Positions 1 to 12,510 are shown, counted from the stretch's first letter. The stretch: 64,000 bases of DNA from Octopus sinensis (GCF_006345805.1 NC_043019.1:7935360-7999359); one strand, 5' to 3'. Notes: generated from the sequence alone by a model not told the origin. Translations and numbers: made by a program.

Positions 1-281
1 AAACATCTCGATGGAATAAAGCAGTGGTCAGCCTTATAATTTTTCTGAGATTCCTGTGCAATTTATATCAGAATGCAATAATATTCTCGGTGAGATTTCA
101 CAGAAATTATGAAAAGATGTTAGCAGCAAAGGGTTTAAATTTGCTAACAGTGACGTCAGTTAGAGGTAATGGCGTGAAATTTCGGCCTTGTTAAGCATTT
201 ACTGCATTTCTTTGTGTATGGAAAAGCACATTTAGCTACAACCGGCAATCTAATGCAGAATTTGTTCGTGGCATACAACCG

Positions 282-322
<41 letters not shown>

Positions 323-1119
323 AGGGCATGCATCTGTATCTATAGTTATCTATATATATAACACAGTCCTTGGACGAAAATTGTATGCACATTTTGCTTT
401 GACGGTTAATGACGGCCAAATCGAGGCAAGGATCGAGCTGAAAATTGGCAGGGATACTAAATGCGTATGAGGATGAAGCCTGCGATAGTTAAAATTCACA
501 AGCTATAAAGATATGGGTGCTATGTGTGATTTTTTACCGATTCAACGGGGATAAGAACACTTCTAGGTTTGTGCGATTGGCTATTAATACCCAGCGGCAT
601 GCACTGCAGGCTGCTGTGTTTAATAAACATACATTTTGTCGCGAAATTCCAGCTAATAGGAAACGATTTTTCATTGTGAAAAAACGAGTGCTTTTTGCTC
701 TAATTTTCTTTTTAACTTTTAATAACACTTTCGGTTTTTTTTTTTTTCAATTCCTCATCTTTAAAATGTGGCCCGAGTAGACCCTAATGAAATCGGGTTA
801 TAATACTATTACAAATATATTTTTTTATCAATATTTAGCAGACTAGAATAACTCAAAGGTATAGAGTTTTGTGCGTTATGACTTATCAATCTACCTTGTT
901 AAGTTTTTACTCATGAAATTCGAAACTGTTGAGGTATTTTGTGTATGTGTGTGTGTTTGTGTGTGTATACGTATATATATGTATATATATATTACAAAAT
1001 ACAAACGTATATCTTGAGATCGCTAGTGACAACAACACTCAAAATATATAACAGACTGGAAATGTAATGTTCCTTTAGTTGCAGCTCACATTGCCTCCCC
1101 TCGGATTAATAAGTATATA

Positions 1120-1160
<41 letters not shown>

Positions 1161-2251
1161 GCCTCGGATTTTACCGAAAAAAGCATAGTGTTTACTGATT
1201 TTAACCCACGCTGGTGGAAAGGGGAGAGCAGAAATTCTTCGCTTGCATATTTGAGTTTGCTGGCACTGTTAGTTTCGAGCAGATCTTCAGAAGCGATAAG
1301 AAGCCGAAAGGGTATGCTCCCACTTTCAGTGTTTTCAATCCAAACCAAGGAGTTCTGAGCTGATGATAGAAGTGTCGAGTTGACTAATCTTGAAACGTAC
1401 GTTCTCAAATAACCTTTGCATTTGATTTTTTAATGTCTTTACCCCCATACTTTCGTGGGTTGAATTGAGCAAACACTATATGAGAGAGGTTTTCTTTAAG
1501 TATTAGAAATAGTTTTAAAAAAGTTTTTTTAGCTGCTATTTCTAATGAGTTCAGTATGCGGCAAAGTAATTTATTTTACTAAGCCCTTTTATATATGTAA
1601 TAATTTGAATTCGCCTTAAATGGTCCCTTTGCATACTGAATACTTGGTGAAATTGATTAATTAATTAATTTTACCCTCAATTGTTGAAATTATAATTCAT
1701 CTCTCTCTATTTAATGCCTCGGATTTTACCGAAAAAAGCATAGTGTTTACTGATTTTAACCCACGCTGGTGGAAAGGGGAGAGCAGAAATTCTTCGCTTG
1801 CATATTTGAGTTTGCTGGCACTGTTAGTTTCGAGCAGATCTTCAGAAGCGATAAGAAGCCGAAAGGGTATGCTCCCACTTTCAGTGTTTTCAAATCCAAA
1901 CCAAGGAGTTCTGAGCTGATGATAGAAGTGTCGAGTTGACTAATCTTGAAACGTACGGTCTCAAATAACCTTTGCATTTGATTTTTTAATGTCTTTACCC
2001 CCATACTTTCGTGGGTTGAATTGAGCAAATACTATATGAGAGAGGTTTTCTTTAAGTATTAGAAATAGTTTTAAAAAAGTTTTTTTAGCTGCTATTTCTA
2101 ATGAGTTCAGTATGCGGCAAAGTAATTTATTTCACTAAGCCCTTTTATATAATGTAATAATTTGAATTCGCCTTAAATGGTCCCTTTGCATACTGAATAC
2201 TTGGTGAAATTGATTAATTAATTAATTTTACCCTCAATTGTTGAAATTATA
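1161..2251 (+). repeat. Near-perfect tandem duplication of a ~535-bp unique segment (1161-1694 and 1716-2251)
   Basis: Both copies start GCCTCGGATTTTACCGAAAAAAGCATAG and end CAATTGTTGAAATTATA; about 5 differences by eye; 21-nt spacer; (TA)n arrays flank the pair. Confidence 0.95.
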
Positions 2252-2274
2252 TATACATATATATATATATATAT

Positions 2275-2330
<56 letters not shown>

Positions 2331-2357
2331 TATATATATTATATATATATATATATA

Positions 2358-2544
2358 TAACGGGAAGGTTTACGAAAATAAACAAAAGACGAATGCAGGT
2401 GGAGTACAAACAAACAAATGTATTAGTATGGCGCTCAGGAACAGAAATAGAACAAGACTATTACGTTTCGAGCCTACGCTCTTCGACAGAATCATACACA
2501 GAAAAGAAACAAGGAGAGAGAAAAAATGCGTGTAGGAGCTAACC
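2358..2544 (-). mobile_element. ~190-bp non-coding interspersed element with hammerhead-like motif, adjacent to (TA)n
   Basis: Its reverse complement aligns by eye (~85%) with 51370-51580; contains CTGTCGA-A-GAGC-GTAG-GCTC-GAAACGTA on the minus strand. Confidence 0.8.
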
Positions 2545-3329
2545 TTCCATCATATATATATACATATATATATTGGTCGGTAACAAAGCACCTAAATTGA
2601 ATTCATACATACAACAAATTTTCATTCTGATTTTCTTTGCTCGACAACTGCTAAATTTTCACATTATCCGATGTAAATTATATCACAATTGATTCCTCTT
2701 CTAAATCCAAGTCTTCCGAACCCTCTTCCTGCAGTCACTCGAATTACAACTCACTTGAACGAGCAGCAATTATTCTCTGTGCTCCAGGTAAATGTAGATA
2801 AATTACTTAAATGATAGATTAGCATGAAATAACCAAAATCAACTTTTAGTAATGTATTCTTTGATTTCGCCACTATTCAGAAGATTTCAAAATCATTGTA
2901 TCTAAACTGAAATGTATATACAACTCAAACAGCATAAAAGAGTGTCATAAAATAACAAAAAGAAGAAAATACATTTTTAGTAACCGATATATGCAATCGA
3001 ACAAACCAGGTCAATGATATATAGTAGTGAAATATTATAAATATTACTTTCAAAACAGCGACCATCACCATAAAATTATAATATACAATTCTGTTATTCA
3101 TGATGGCATGAATAGTCAGTCTCTCAGATATGAAATTTATGTTCCAACCGTTTAACATTCTGATTGGGAGTAACATCCAATTCGATGCCTTTTTCAGTCT
3201 TTTGTTTATCTCAACCAAAGATATTAAATCAAAGACATTTATAATCTATATGTTTCTTTCAAAGTATATTTTGAGCATAAAATTTGTTTACGACGTATTA
3301 TACCTAAATCAGATATATTCTCTTTTAAA

Positions 3330-3561
3330 TCGCATCAACTAAGCCGTTATTTCTCATATTTTACGCATTGGCATTGGTTTATAAAATTCTAATCCGTGGT
3401 CGATCTACCATTCTTACTATCACAGTAACCAGCTTTTCTTCCAAGCATTCACATCGCAATTTTAGATTCTCGTTCGTAACGCTACCGAAAATTATATGAA
3501 TACGTTTATTTTCAAACCACTTTCTTTTCTGTTTTTGCAAATCAGTAAATTGCTTCATCAA
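3330..3561 (-). mobile_element. Degenerate RTE-like LINE ORF2 C-terminal remnant
   Basis: Minus ORF KRKWFENKRIH...CLEEKLVTVIVRMVDRPRIRI resembles the RTE C-terminal pattern (KxxWFGH...LEG...RGRP). Confidence 0.35.
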
Positions 3562-3702
3562 TATATAAGCAACTATAACCCTTATGAATATTTGTGTATA
3601 TATGTATGTATGGATGGATGGATTTACGTATGTATGAATGTATGTCTGTATCTATGTGCATAAACACGTTCACAAACACACATACAAACACATATGTGTA
3701 TG

Positions 3703-3767
<65 letters not shown>

Positions 3768-4599
3768 TATATATTATATATATATATATACATATATATA
3801 TAGCTGCTGTTGCTTAGTGAGTGGGATTGACTCAGTGCACGTCCTTTCCTCACTTTAAAAATATTTTCTTGCACAGGCATTGCACGATAACAACATTGAT
3901 CGAGCTTCGTGCAATGGTCACACTCAATAATGAGGGGGCAGCCACTATCTATGTGCATGTACCTATATGCATATCTATAATAGAATAAACATATTCATAA
4001 TGAAGGTGTAGCATTATTTTGCTAGGGCGGATTGAAATCGTTACCTTCATCATCATTATCGTCACGAACAACAGTATATTTGTTATTAAATGTATTATCA
4101 TAGCTGTTATGGTTATTTTGGCTGAGTTAATATCGGTTGCCTTGTTAATAACTACCTTCTGAACCCGTGAATGTCTCATTTCACGTTTCTTTTTTCATTT
4201 CTTTGTTTTTTGTTATACATTCTGGCATCGTTTTAAAATGGTCCGTCTGCCTAAATGCTTTGGCCTGCAACCAAAACTTTAACATGGTTCTAGTTGTAAT
4301 AAGCACCGACTTCTTGAAAATGTCATTATTAATGACATGCAGAATCACATACAACATTGCCATGTCCACCGTACATTAAATATGTGATGACGTCTACAAT
4401 TGTTTGCCAGAATTCTCCATCACCTCTAAACTCCACTTGTCTTCATCATGACTCCTTCTTCCTTCCTGTTTTTAAACTGACGCCTTCAAAATGCCTTTGG
4501 TTAATATTATTCTGCTAATCAAGATCATCACCATCGTCATTTGCATATTCGTCACCATTTTCATTAACATCATCTTTTGACTTGTTGAAACAAATTCTT

Positions 4600-4632
<33 letters not shown>

Positions 4633-4682
4633 GTATGTGTGTGTGTGTGTGTGTGCGTGTGTGCCTGTGTGTGTGCGTGTAA

Positions 4683-4971
4683 AGGCACAGGGGTGACTGT
4701 GTGGTAAGTGGTTTGCTTACCAAACACATGGCCGAGTTCAGTCCCACTGCGTGGACGTGGCAACTTGGGCAGGTGCCTTCTACTGTAGCCTCGTGCCTAT
4801 CAAGGTCATGTGAGTGGATTTTGCAGACGGAAACTGAAAGAAGCCGTTGTATATATAGGAGACCGATAGAATAAGTGCTACGCTTACAAAGAATAAGTCC
4901 TGGAGTCGATTTGTTCGACTAAAATGGTTGTGCTCCTGCATGGCAGCAGTCAATTGACAGAAACAAATAAA
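4683..4971 (+). mobile_element. tRNA-derived SINE, Octopus OR-like/CORE-like family, with internal deletion
   Basis: Head GGCACAGGGGTGACTGTGTGGTAAG...GAGTTCAGTCCCACTGCGTGG, core TTGGGCAGGTGCCTTCT, tail GAGACCGATAGAATAAGT...CAGTCAATTGACAGAAACAA; homologous to 28896-29302. Confidence 0.8.
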
Positions 4972-5299
4972 TTCAAATAAGAAGGCATATTTCGGCAAAA
5001 ACATGACATGTTTGCCATTTATAAATATATCTACATACATACATACCTACGTACACACACACATATAGATTTATACATACACACACACAAATATTTATTT
5101 TTTTTTTGTATCATTTTATGTTATGGGAAAGGTAGATGATGTCAAGTTCGTAAACAATATATGAGTACATCATGACAAATCAAGGAAAAGTATTTAGCAA
5201 TTAAAATTGAACACGTTAATGCTACGTACAAATGTATTTATGCTCATGGTGAATGTTTTTCACGGACATTTTTATAAGAAATAAATTAAGAAGTTTGCG

Positions 5300-6290
5300 A
5301 AAATTGTATTTATTAATAGTTTTATTCATTAAATACTAGTAAGTTACCTTGGACTACGGCATTATAAAGAAGAAGGAAATACGTTTGACATAACACTCTG
5401 GAGGAATAATCCGCTTAACGTAGATATTTGATGTGGAATCTCAGAAACACAGTTGGAACTAATGAGGTCTAAACTTTCGAGAAAACTTTGAAGAGTTATT
5501 TAGAAGGAAATAAATAATCTTCATGAGATGAGTCCGATCTATTATTCAGGATTTAGGAGATTTCAGAAATGTGTAAAGTAAAATAATAATTAGATCTATG
5601 TTTTAAGAGATAGTACTTCGAAGAAAAACAAAAATATGTTAGACGTAAATGGACATCTAAATAGGCCAGCGATCTTGCGAGGGAAAATGTAGGTTATGCC
5701 ATTAATGGATTGTAGCACTTCTGTGAAAATAAATAAATAAACTGGAAAATGGCGTAGATGTAAAGGGAGAATTTCGGAGTAAAAATTACAAGTCTCTATA
5801 AAAGGCCATTAGTATATTGAAGTTGTAGTCCTTATTTAGAAAAATAGATTAATCTCGAGATGATAAATTTAATTTAAATATAATTGTATGTGGGCTGAAG
5901 TGAAGAATCCATTAATTTGTTTGTTTAAGGTAATGGGTAATATATTAACTAGTTTAGAGAGAATGACAGGAAACGAAGTTATTTTATGGATAGTGAGAAA
6001 TGGCTAACGACGGAATTAATATGAGATATTTGACGCAGAGTTTAATATATGTTCAATATAAGTTTACGAGGTAAATAAAAATTAAAGTGAATTATATGCA
6101 GGGCAGCTCATATTAACAAAGTAAACATGTGCTCTCTCTATAATAGCAATCTAAAGTAGATTCGTATAAATTAAAATGACAAGATGTTAGGTTGAGTGTG
6201 ATCGTTGAAAGCAGCACAGCCATAGATTTAATTAGTTACTGTAGTCAATATATATTTTAAGACATGGTGTAGCAAGTATTTGGAGTCAGA
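5300..6290 (+). mobile_element. Highly decayed CR1/L2-like LINE reverse transcriptase 3' region
   Basis: From 5794 reads LYKRPLVY*SCSPYLEK*INLEM, resembling the CR1-type LYKxLVRPxLEYCxxVWSPYxKKDIxxLE; many stops; boundaries approximate. Confidence 0.4.
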
Positions 6291-6393
6291 TTCTGTGCAA
6301 AGAGGTAAATGGTACGGTACAAAATAATACTAATTATCAAAAAAAAAATTTTTTGTCTCAATTAATTTTACTTTCGACAACACTTCCATTATA

Positions 6394-6809
6394 TATTTCT
6401 TTATTACCCACAAGGGGCTAAACATAGAAGGACAAACAAGGACAGACAAAGGGATTAAGTTGATTACATCGACCCCAGTGTGAAACTGGTACATTATTTA
6501 TCGACCCCGAAAGAATGAAAAGCAAAGTCGACCCCGACCGAATTTGAACCCAGATCGTAACGACAGACGAAATACCTATTTCTTTACTACCCACAAGGGG
6601 CTAAACACAGAAGGGACAAACAAGGACAGACAAACGGATTAAGTCGATTACATCGACCCCAGTGCGTAACTAGTACTTAATTTATGGACCCCGAAAAGAT
6701 GAAAGGCAACGTCGACCTCGGCGGAATTTTAACTCACAACGTAACGGCAGACTAAATACCGCTAAGTATTTCGCCCGGCGCGCTAACGTGTCTGCCAGCT
6801 CACCGCCTT
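6394..6809 (-). mobile_element. Head-to-tail dimeric tRNA-derived SINE (Octopus OK-like family) with 15-bp target-site duplication
   Basis: Two units (6577-6809 with full head, 6394-6576 lacking the head's 5' part); AACACTTCCATTATA at 6379-6393 and 6810-6824; core GCCTTTCATCxTTTCGGGGTC. Confidence 0.9.
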
Positions 6810-8071
6810 AACACTTCCATTATAACTGCGGTGTATCCAAGCATAATCGTAAGGAATGCAATTACGATTTGGAACACCAGAAGCCACTCCAATCGGGGGA
6901 TTATTTTCACAGGTGCAGCATGTTTTTCCAATGAGGGTAATCATTTTATAGAGAAATATTCCATAGTTTCCTAGCATTGAGGGATTTAAAGCAAAATAAT
7001 GTCTACCAAGTTTTGGGGGCAATGTTGAAAATATTTTTCAATCTTTTATATACGGTGAAAGGTTTATAGTGGATACAATGGGAATACTTTACGAAAATAT
7101 CAGGAATCAATGGCTCGCGTGACGTAGTTCCAATAACATAAAATTCCTTGCCTTAGAAATACCACCGGAAGGTATAGAGTTATAGTTCAAAATGTGAAAA
7201 TATACAAAATATAAAGACGAAAATATCTCAATTTCTGAAACGGAGATCCAAGAGCTAAACCTGCAAGCCATATATCCCTTTTATCGTTGCTTTGCATGTA
7301 ATTTACAGTTACTTCTCAGCCTCTGATATGGGAGGAAAATATAACTGTTCAATATCAACAATTCACCCATATTCGTTGCAATCTGCTTCTTCCACATTTA
7401 TCTGTAAATAGTTTAACTTTTCCGGAAAGTGTTTGCGATTCACACGTCATACAGTAATATATAAGTGTTATAAAATATCTGAAGCAGGGAACATCTTTGC
7501 AAAATATTTATTTTGATGCATGGCATGACATTTCAGATACTGTTTATGTAAATTATGAAGTGAAATGGGAACAACAAAAATACCTTAAGTATGGAGGACG
7601 ATCGGTTTTTGTAGAGCTTCAGTGAATTCCATCGATCATACGTAACACGCAGTACGATACAAACACACACAAAATAAGCTAAACACTTGCAGTAGGGCAA
7701 CTTAGACTCAATTGTGTAATAGGTTTCACAAAAAAAAAAGTCCGGGGACCACCGCTGTTAATAGCCTGGATTTGGTCCTTCTTAGAAATTTAATGCGTCG
7801 CAAAATTGAGATTAGATTTATAAAAATACTGAAACACATGTTGTTTAGGATTTAGGAACGTTCTGTCACACCTGGAAATGATTTAAATGGAATTTCACAA
7901 CAGACCCGAATATTTTAATAACAGGTGAGATCGCGTAGTATTTGTAAGTGATGTATTTCCTCTTTTCATACAAAAGAAAAGATGGATAGACAGCTCTATG
8001 AAATATTGGGTGAGTAGGACGAAGATTGTAATTTACTTTCCTCAAAAATTGCTATTCGTAAACATAATTTT

Positions 8072-8333
8072 CCTCTTCAACATCATCTTCATCTTCATCA
8101 CCTTCATCTTCATCACCATCGTCATCATCATCATCATCCACCTCCACCTCCACCTCCTCCTCCTCTTCATCATCATCATCATCATTATCGTTATCATCAT
8201 TATCTTCATTCCATTCCACCTCCTCCTCCTCCTCCTCGTCATCATCATCATCATTCTCATTTTCATTATCATCATCTTCATCCTCCTCCTCCTCCTCCTC
8301 CTCATTATCATCATCCTCATCATCTTCTTCTTC
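8072..8333. repeat. Compound trinucleotide repeat (TCA/TCC/TTA)n
   Basis: Direct reading; explains the poly-D/E, poly-I/L and poly-M/R pseudo-ORFs. Confidence 0.95.
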
Positions 8334-8480
8334 GATTACTCCCTGGGGATATAAGAGAGTGCATAGATACATACATATATGTATGTGTATGCATGCACAG
8401 GTTTTTACATGAATAAACATTCATTTATGCATACACACACACGTACATGCGTATATATCTGCAAGATACATATATATGCG

Positions 8481-8529
<49 letters not shown>

Positions 8530-8816
8530 CGCACATATTTGTAATTATACATATATACATATTTATGCAACTATATATCTATATATGTGTGCCTTTAGAT
8601 GTGCGTATCTATACGTGTTAAATAAAGTTAGATATCGGCACATGTACATACATACATTCATTGCATTTTACTGTTCCATATTCCTTTGTGCACAGATTTA
8701 TCAATATAAGCGAATTTTACTTAATAAATGTTATTTTTTCAAAGAAGCCTTATAAAAACAAACATGCATATATTCCCTCATAAACACACAGATAAGCACA
8801 CATACACACACACACA

Positions 8817-8883
<67 letters not shown>

Positions 8884-9589
8884 CATGTATATCTATAAAT
8901 GTATATATATAATATATATATATATATGTATGCATATAAATGAATATATATATGTATATGTATATATAGATATATATATGTGTGTGTGTATGTATAAATG
9001 CACGTATACATATTTGAATATATAAATATATAAATATGACTACACACACATACTTTAACTAGCATAGGTATATACTTGTGTTGGTGTGTTTATATGTATA
9101 TATATATATGTGTGTGTGTGTGTGTATATCCATAGAAAATTCTAACAAAACACATATGTAAATATATATAAATTGCAAGTAAAAATACTTATATAAAATA
9201 CATATATAGCCGCGTGTATTTGTGTGTGTATGTACATACGTAGGCACATATACACCCGCAACTGAATGCACATACATACACGCACACATATACACATAAC
9301 CAGAGGAGATGTGCCTTATAATTGCATCTATTTTTTTTCTTCTCTTTCTAGAAATATATTTGCAAGCATGTGAAGCATATCTTTTATGACGTAAACTTTC
9401 CCGGTGGTGTGATTAGAATACAAACGTTTTTATATTTTTCATAAGCAGACGTCATGTTCAAAATGGTAGAACATTTATCATAAATTTAGCTCATCAGAAT
9501 CTACAATTTTTTTTTTTATTTTTGCTTACTTTCAATGTTGAAAGCTGTATTTGTTCATCTTCATCTACTGGGCGCAGATATCGCATATA

Positions 9590-9626
9590 GATACATGTAT
9601 ATATGTACATACATATACACACACAC

Positions 9627-9720
<94 letters not shown>

Positions 9721-9830
9721 CATATATACATATATATATATACATATATGCATATATATATACATATATATATACATATACATTTACATATATATATATA
9801 TTTATAAATATATCCATATAAACATATATA

Positions 9831-9861
<31 letters not shown>

Positions 9862-9874
9862 CATCTACACACAT

Positions 9875-9940
<66 letters not shown>

Positions 9941-9965
9941 TATTATATATATATATATATATACA
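9590..9965. repeat. Long interrupted (TA)n/(CA)n microsatellite field
   Basis: Direct reading. Confidence 0.95.
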
Positions 9966-10388
9966 TACGTACAAACAAGCCAATCCATCTATTCATTAAA
10001 ATTTCTACCTAAGGCAAAGTCCATTTTCGCCGACTGGAATTCGCTCAGTCGCAATCTCCTGCTATCAATATGATTTTCATTCTGTTTGTCTTTTGTTGTT
10101 GTTGTTTTTTTTTACTAATAATCACACAGTCACATGATCTACCGTTTATTCACTCACCTTCCTTATCGCTCATATTCTCTCCTTTTTGATGTATGTATAC
10201 GTGTGCGTACGTGTGTATATGAGAGTATATATGAAAGGAGAGAGATTGATGAAAGAGAGTGAAAGAGCAAGATATAAATAAAGAAAACAGACATTAGTAA
10301 TTTTATCAAACGCTGTTTTTTTTTTCACATGATAAATACTTTCATACGCATTATCTATGTATTCATATACAGTGACGTATATATGTGT

Positions 10389-10442
<54 letters not shown>

Positions 10443-10677
10443 ATATATGAGTAAATAGATAGATACACGCACGCACGCACATATCTGGACGTGCATAAAC
10501 TTTACAGTAAATGAAGATAATCTTGATCTCAGAATAGCTGTGAGAACAGGTTAGAATTTCTGGTAAATACCTTTAGAAGGCAGGAATACAAGTGCCCTTC
10601 AAGTCGATGCACAGGTTCAAATCCTGTCGATGCACAGGTTCAAATCCCGTACACCGCCTAGATATATATAGGGAAAC

Positions 10678-10678
10678 A

Positions 10679-10718
<40 letters not shown>

Positions 10719-10722
10719 AATC

Positions 10723-10809
<87 letters not shown>

Positions 10810-10812
10810 TTA

Positions 10813-10846
<34 letters not shown>

Positions 10847-10899
10847 GAGAGAAACATAGGGAGGGGGACAGATAGATCATTAGGTACATAGATACACAA

Positions 10900-10944
<45 letters not shown>

Positions 10945-10946
10945 TG

Positions 10947-10982
<36 letters not shown>

Positions 10983-11017
10983 TGTAGGTAGATAGATAGA
11001 TATATAGATAAATAGCC

Positions 11018-11050
<33 letters not shown>

Positions 11051-11090
11051 TATATATAGATAGATAGATAGACAGATAGATAGATAGATA
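10678..11090. repeat. (TATC)n-(TA)n ... (TA)n-(GATA)n inverted microsatellite pair
   Basis: (TATC)n from 10678 and (GATA)n ending 11090, around a short unique spacer. Confidence 0.9.
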
Positions 11091-11643
11091 TGTTTCTTTA
11101 TTAGCCACACAGGGCTGCACACAGATAGAACAAATTACAAGGTAGAGCTTTTCTTTTGAAGGTTTAAAAAAAAAAAAGAAAGGAAGGGGGAGTTTCGATC
11201 AAAAGGGATCGTAAAAGGAGAGAAAGAGGACAAAAAAAAGGGGGGTTAAAAAAAGGGGGAGAGGAAAAAAAAAATAATTGATCAATAGGGATCGTTATCA
11301 CAGAAATGTCAATATGAAGTGTAAAGGGGAGGACAGGTGAGGTTTACCCGTGGAAAGAAAAGCCTACGGAAAAGACCACGGTAACCTCGGTCAATGGAAT
11401 CACATGTTATATTTCTTTCTTTTTTTTTTTGCAAATAAGCAACTCTCTGTTTTCAATTTCTGGGTTCATAGGATCATGCTCAAGGTGGCTTCGTCATTCA
11501 TACGTGCCATTCTTGCTACATTCACCCATCTTTTTTTAAAACGTTCGCTAGACAAAACTTGCCTCTCTACTCTCACTTTCCTTTTCAAGTGGTACTTGAA
11601 GAAGTTGATGAAAGACAGACCAGAGAGGAAAGTGTTTGTCTCC

Positions 11644-11646
<3 letters not shown>
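11091..11646 (-). mobile_element. 5'-truncated Tx1/L1-like non-LTR retrotransposon 3' end inside a (TATC)n array
   Basis: Minus frame 11645-11466 reads LETNTFLSGLSFINFFKYHLKRKVRVERQVLSSERFKKRWVNVARMARMNDEATLSMIL*, resembling Tx1-type ORF2 C-termini (ER..L....F...W); then a pyrimidine-rich 3'UTR, AATAAA, GAAACA and (TATC)n; (TATC)n also 5' (11646-11712). Confidence 0.65.
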
Positions 11647-11713
<67 letters not shown>

Positions 11714-12026
11714 CACGGCCAGACTGATTGATTTAGGCTTTTATATAAACATATGTAAATGGGGGGAAAATATGTGTACTTGTGAACGTGTGTGTTCAGC
11801 GTGTTTTTCAATATGCCTCATTCTTTGTGTTTCAGTATATACAAACTAATGATTGCAATGCCAAGTGCTGATTCTGGTATTAAGTTTGGAAACAGTTTCT
11901 TGCACACGAATGTAATACTACACACTTCGGAGACATACTTGCACTCGCATTTAAAAAATAAATATATACACACATACAGTCATAAATACACAAACACACA
12001 CACATACACACAAGCACGTACACATA

Positions 12027-12089
<63 letters not shown>

Positions 12090-12096
<7 letters not shown>

Positions 12097-12319
12097 CACA
12101 TGAAAACACATATTTGCACAATACACCTGCGTATTCTTTAATATATAAACACATGGGGAACATATTTGCCGGTGTGTGTTTTGTGATGTGAATATACATA
12201 GATAGATGCATATATATGTGTGTGTGTGTGTCTCTATAAACATATAGATATGTATAATATACATATAAATGTATATATGTGTGTGTATATATATACATAT
12301 ATATCTACACACAACACAC

Positions 12320-12350
<31 letters not shown>

Positions 12351-12476
12351 CATATATAATATACACATATATATATGTATGTATACACACATCACAAAAT
12401 ACACACTCGCAAATATGTTCCTCATGTGTTAATATATTAAAGAATTCGCAGGAGTATTGTGTAAACATGTGCTTGC

Positions 12477-12510
<34 letters not shown>
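12090..12510. repeat. Foldback (MITE-like) inverted repeat, ~100-bp arms, microsatellite spacer
   Basis: 12100-12198 is ~85% identical by eye to the reverse complement of 12379-12480. Confidence 0.85.

Noticed and set aside
1106-1408. Minus-strand 100-aa ORF in the duplicated segment
   Set aside because: No recognisable motif; it runs into (TA)n; the frame is shifted in the second copy.
2640-3230. Possible CR1-like RT remnant (FFDFA... on the plus strand)
   Set aside because: Similarity too faint and fragmented to support.
7849-7924. Possible exon bounded by TTTAG and CAG|GTGAGA
   Set aside because: Stops in all three frames; a UTR exon cannot be supported without RNA data.
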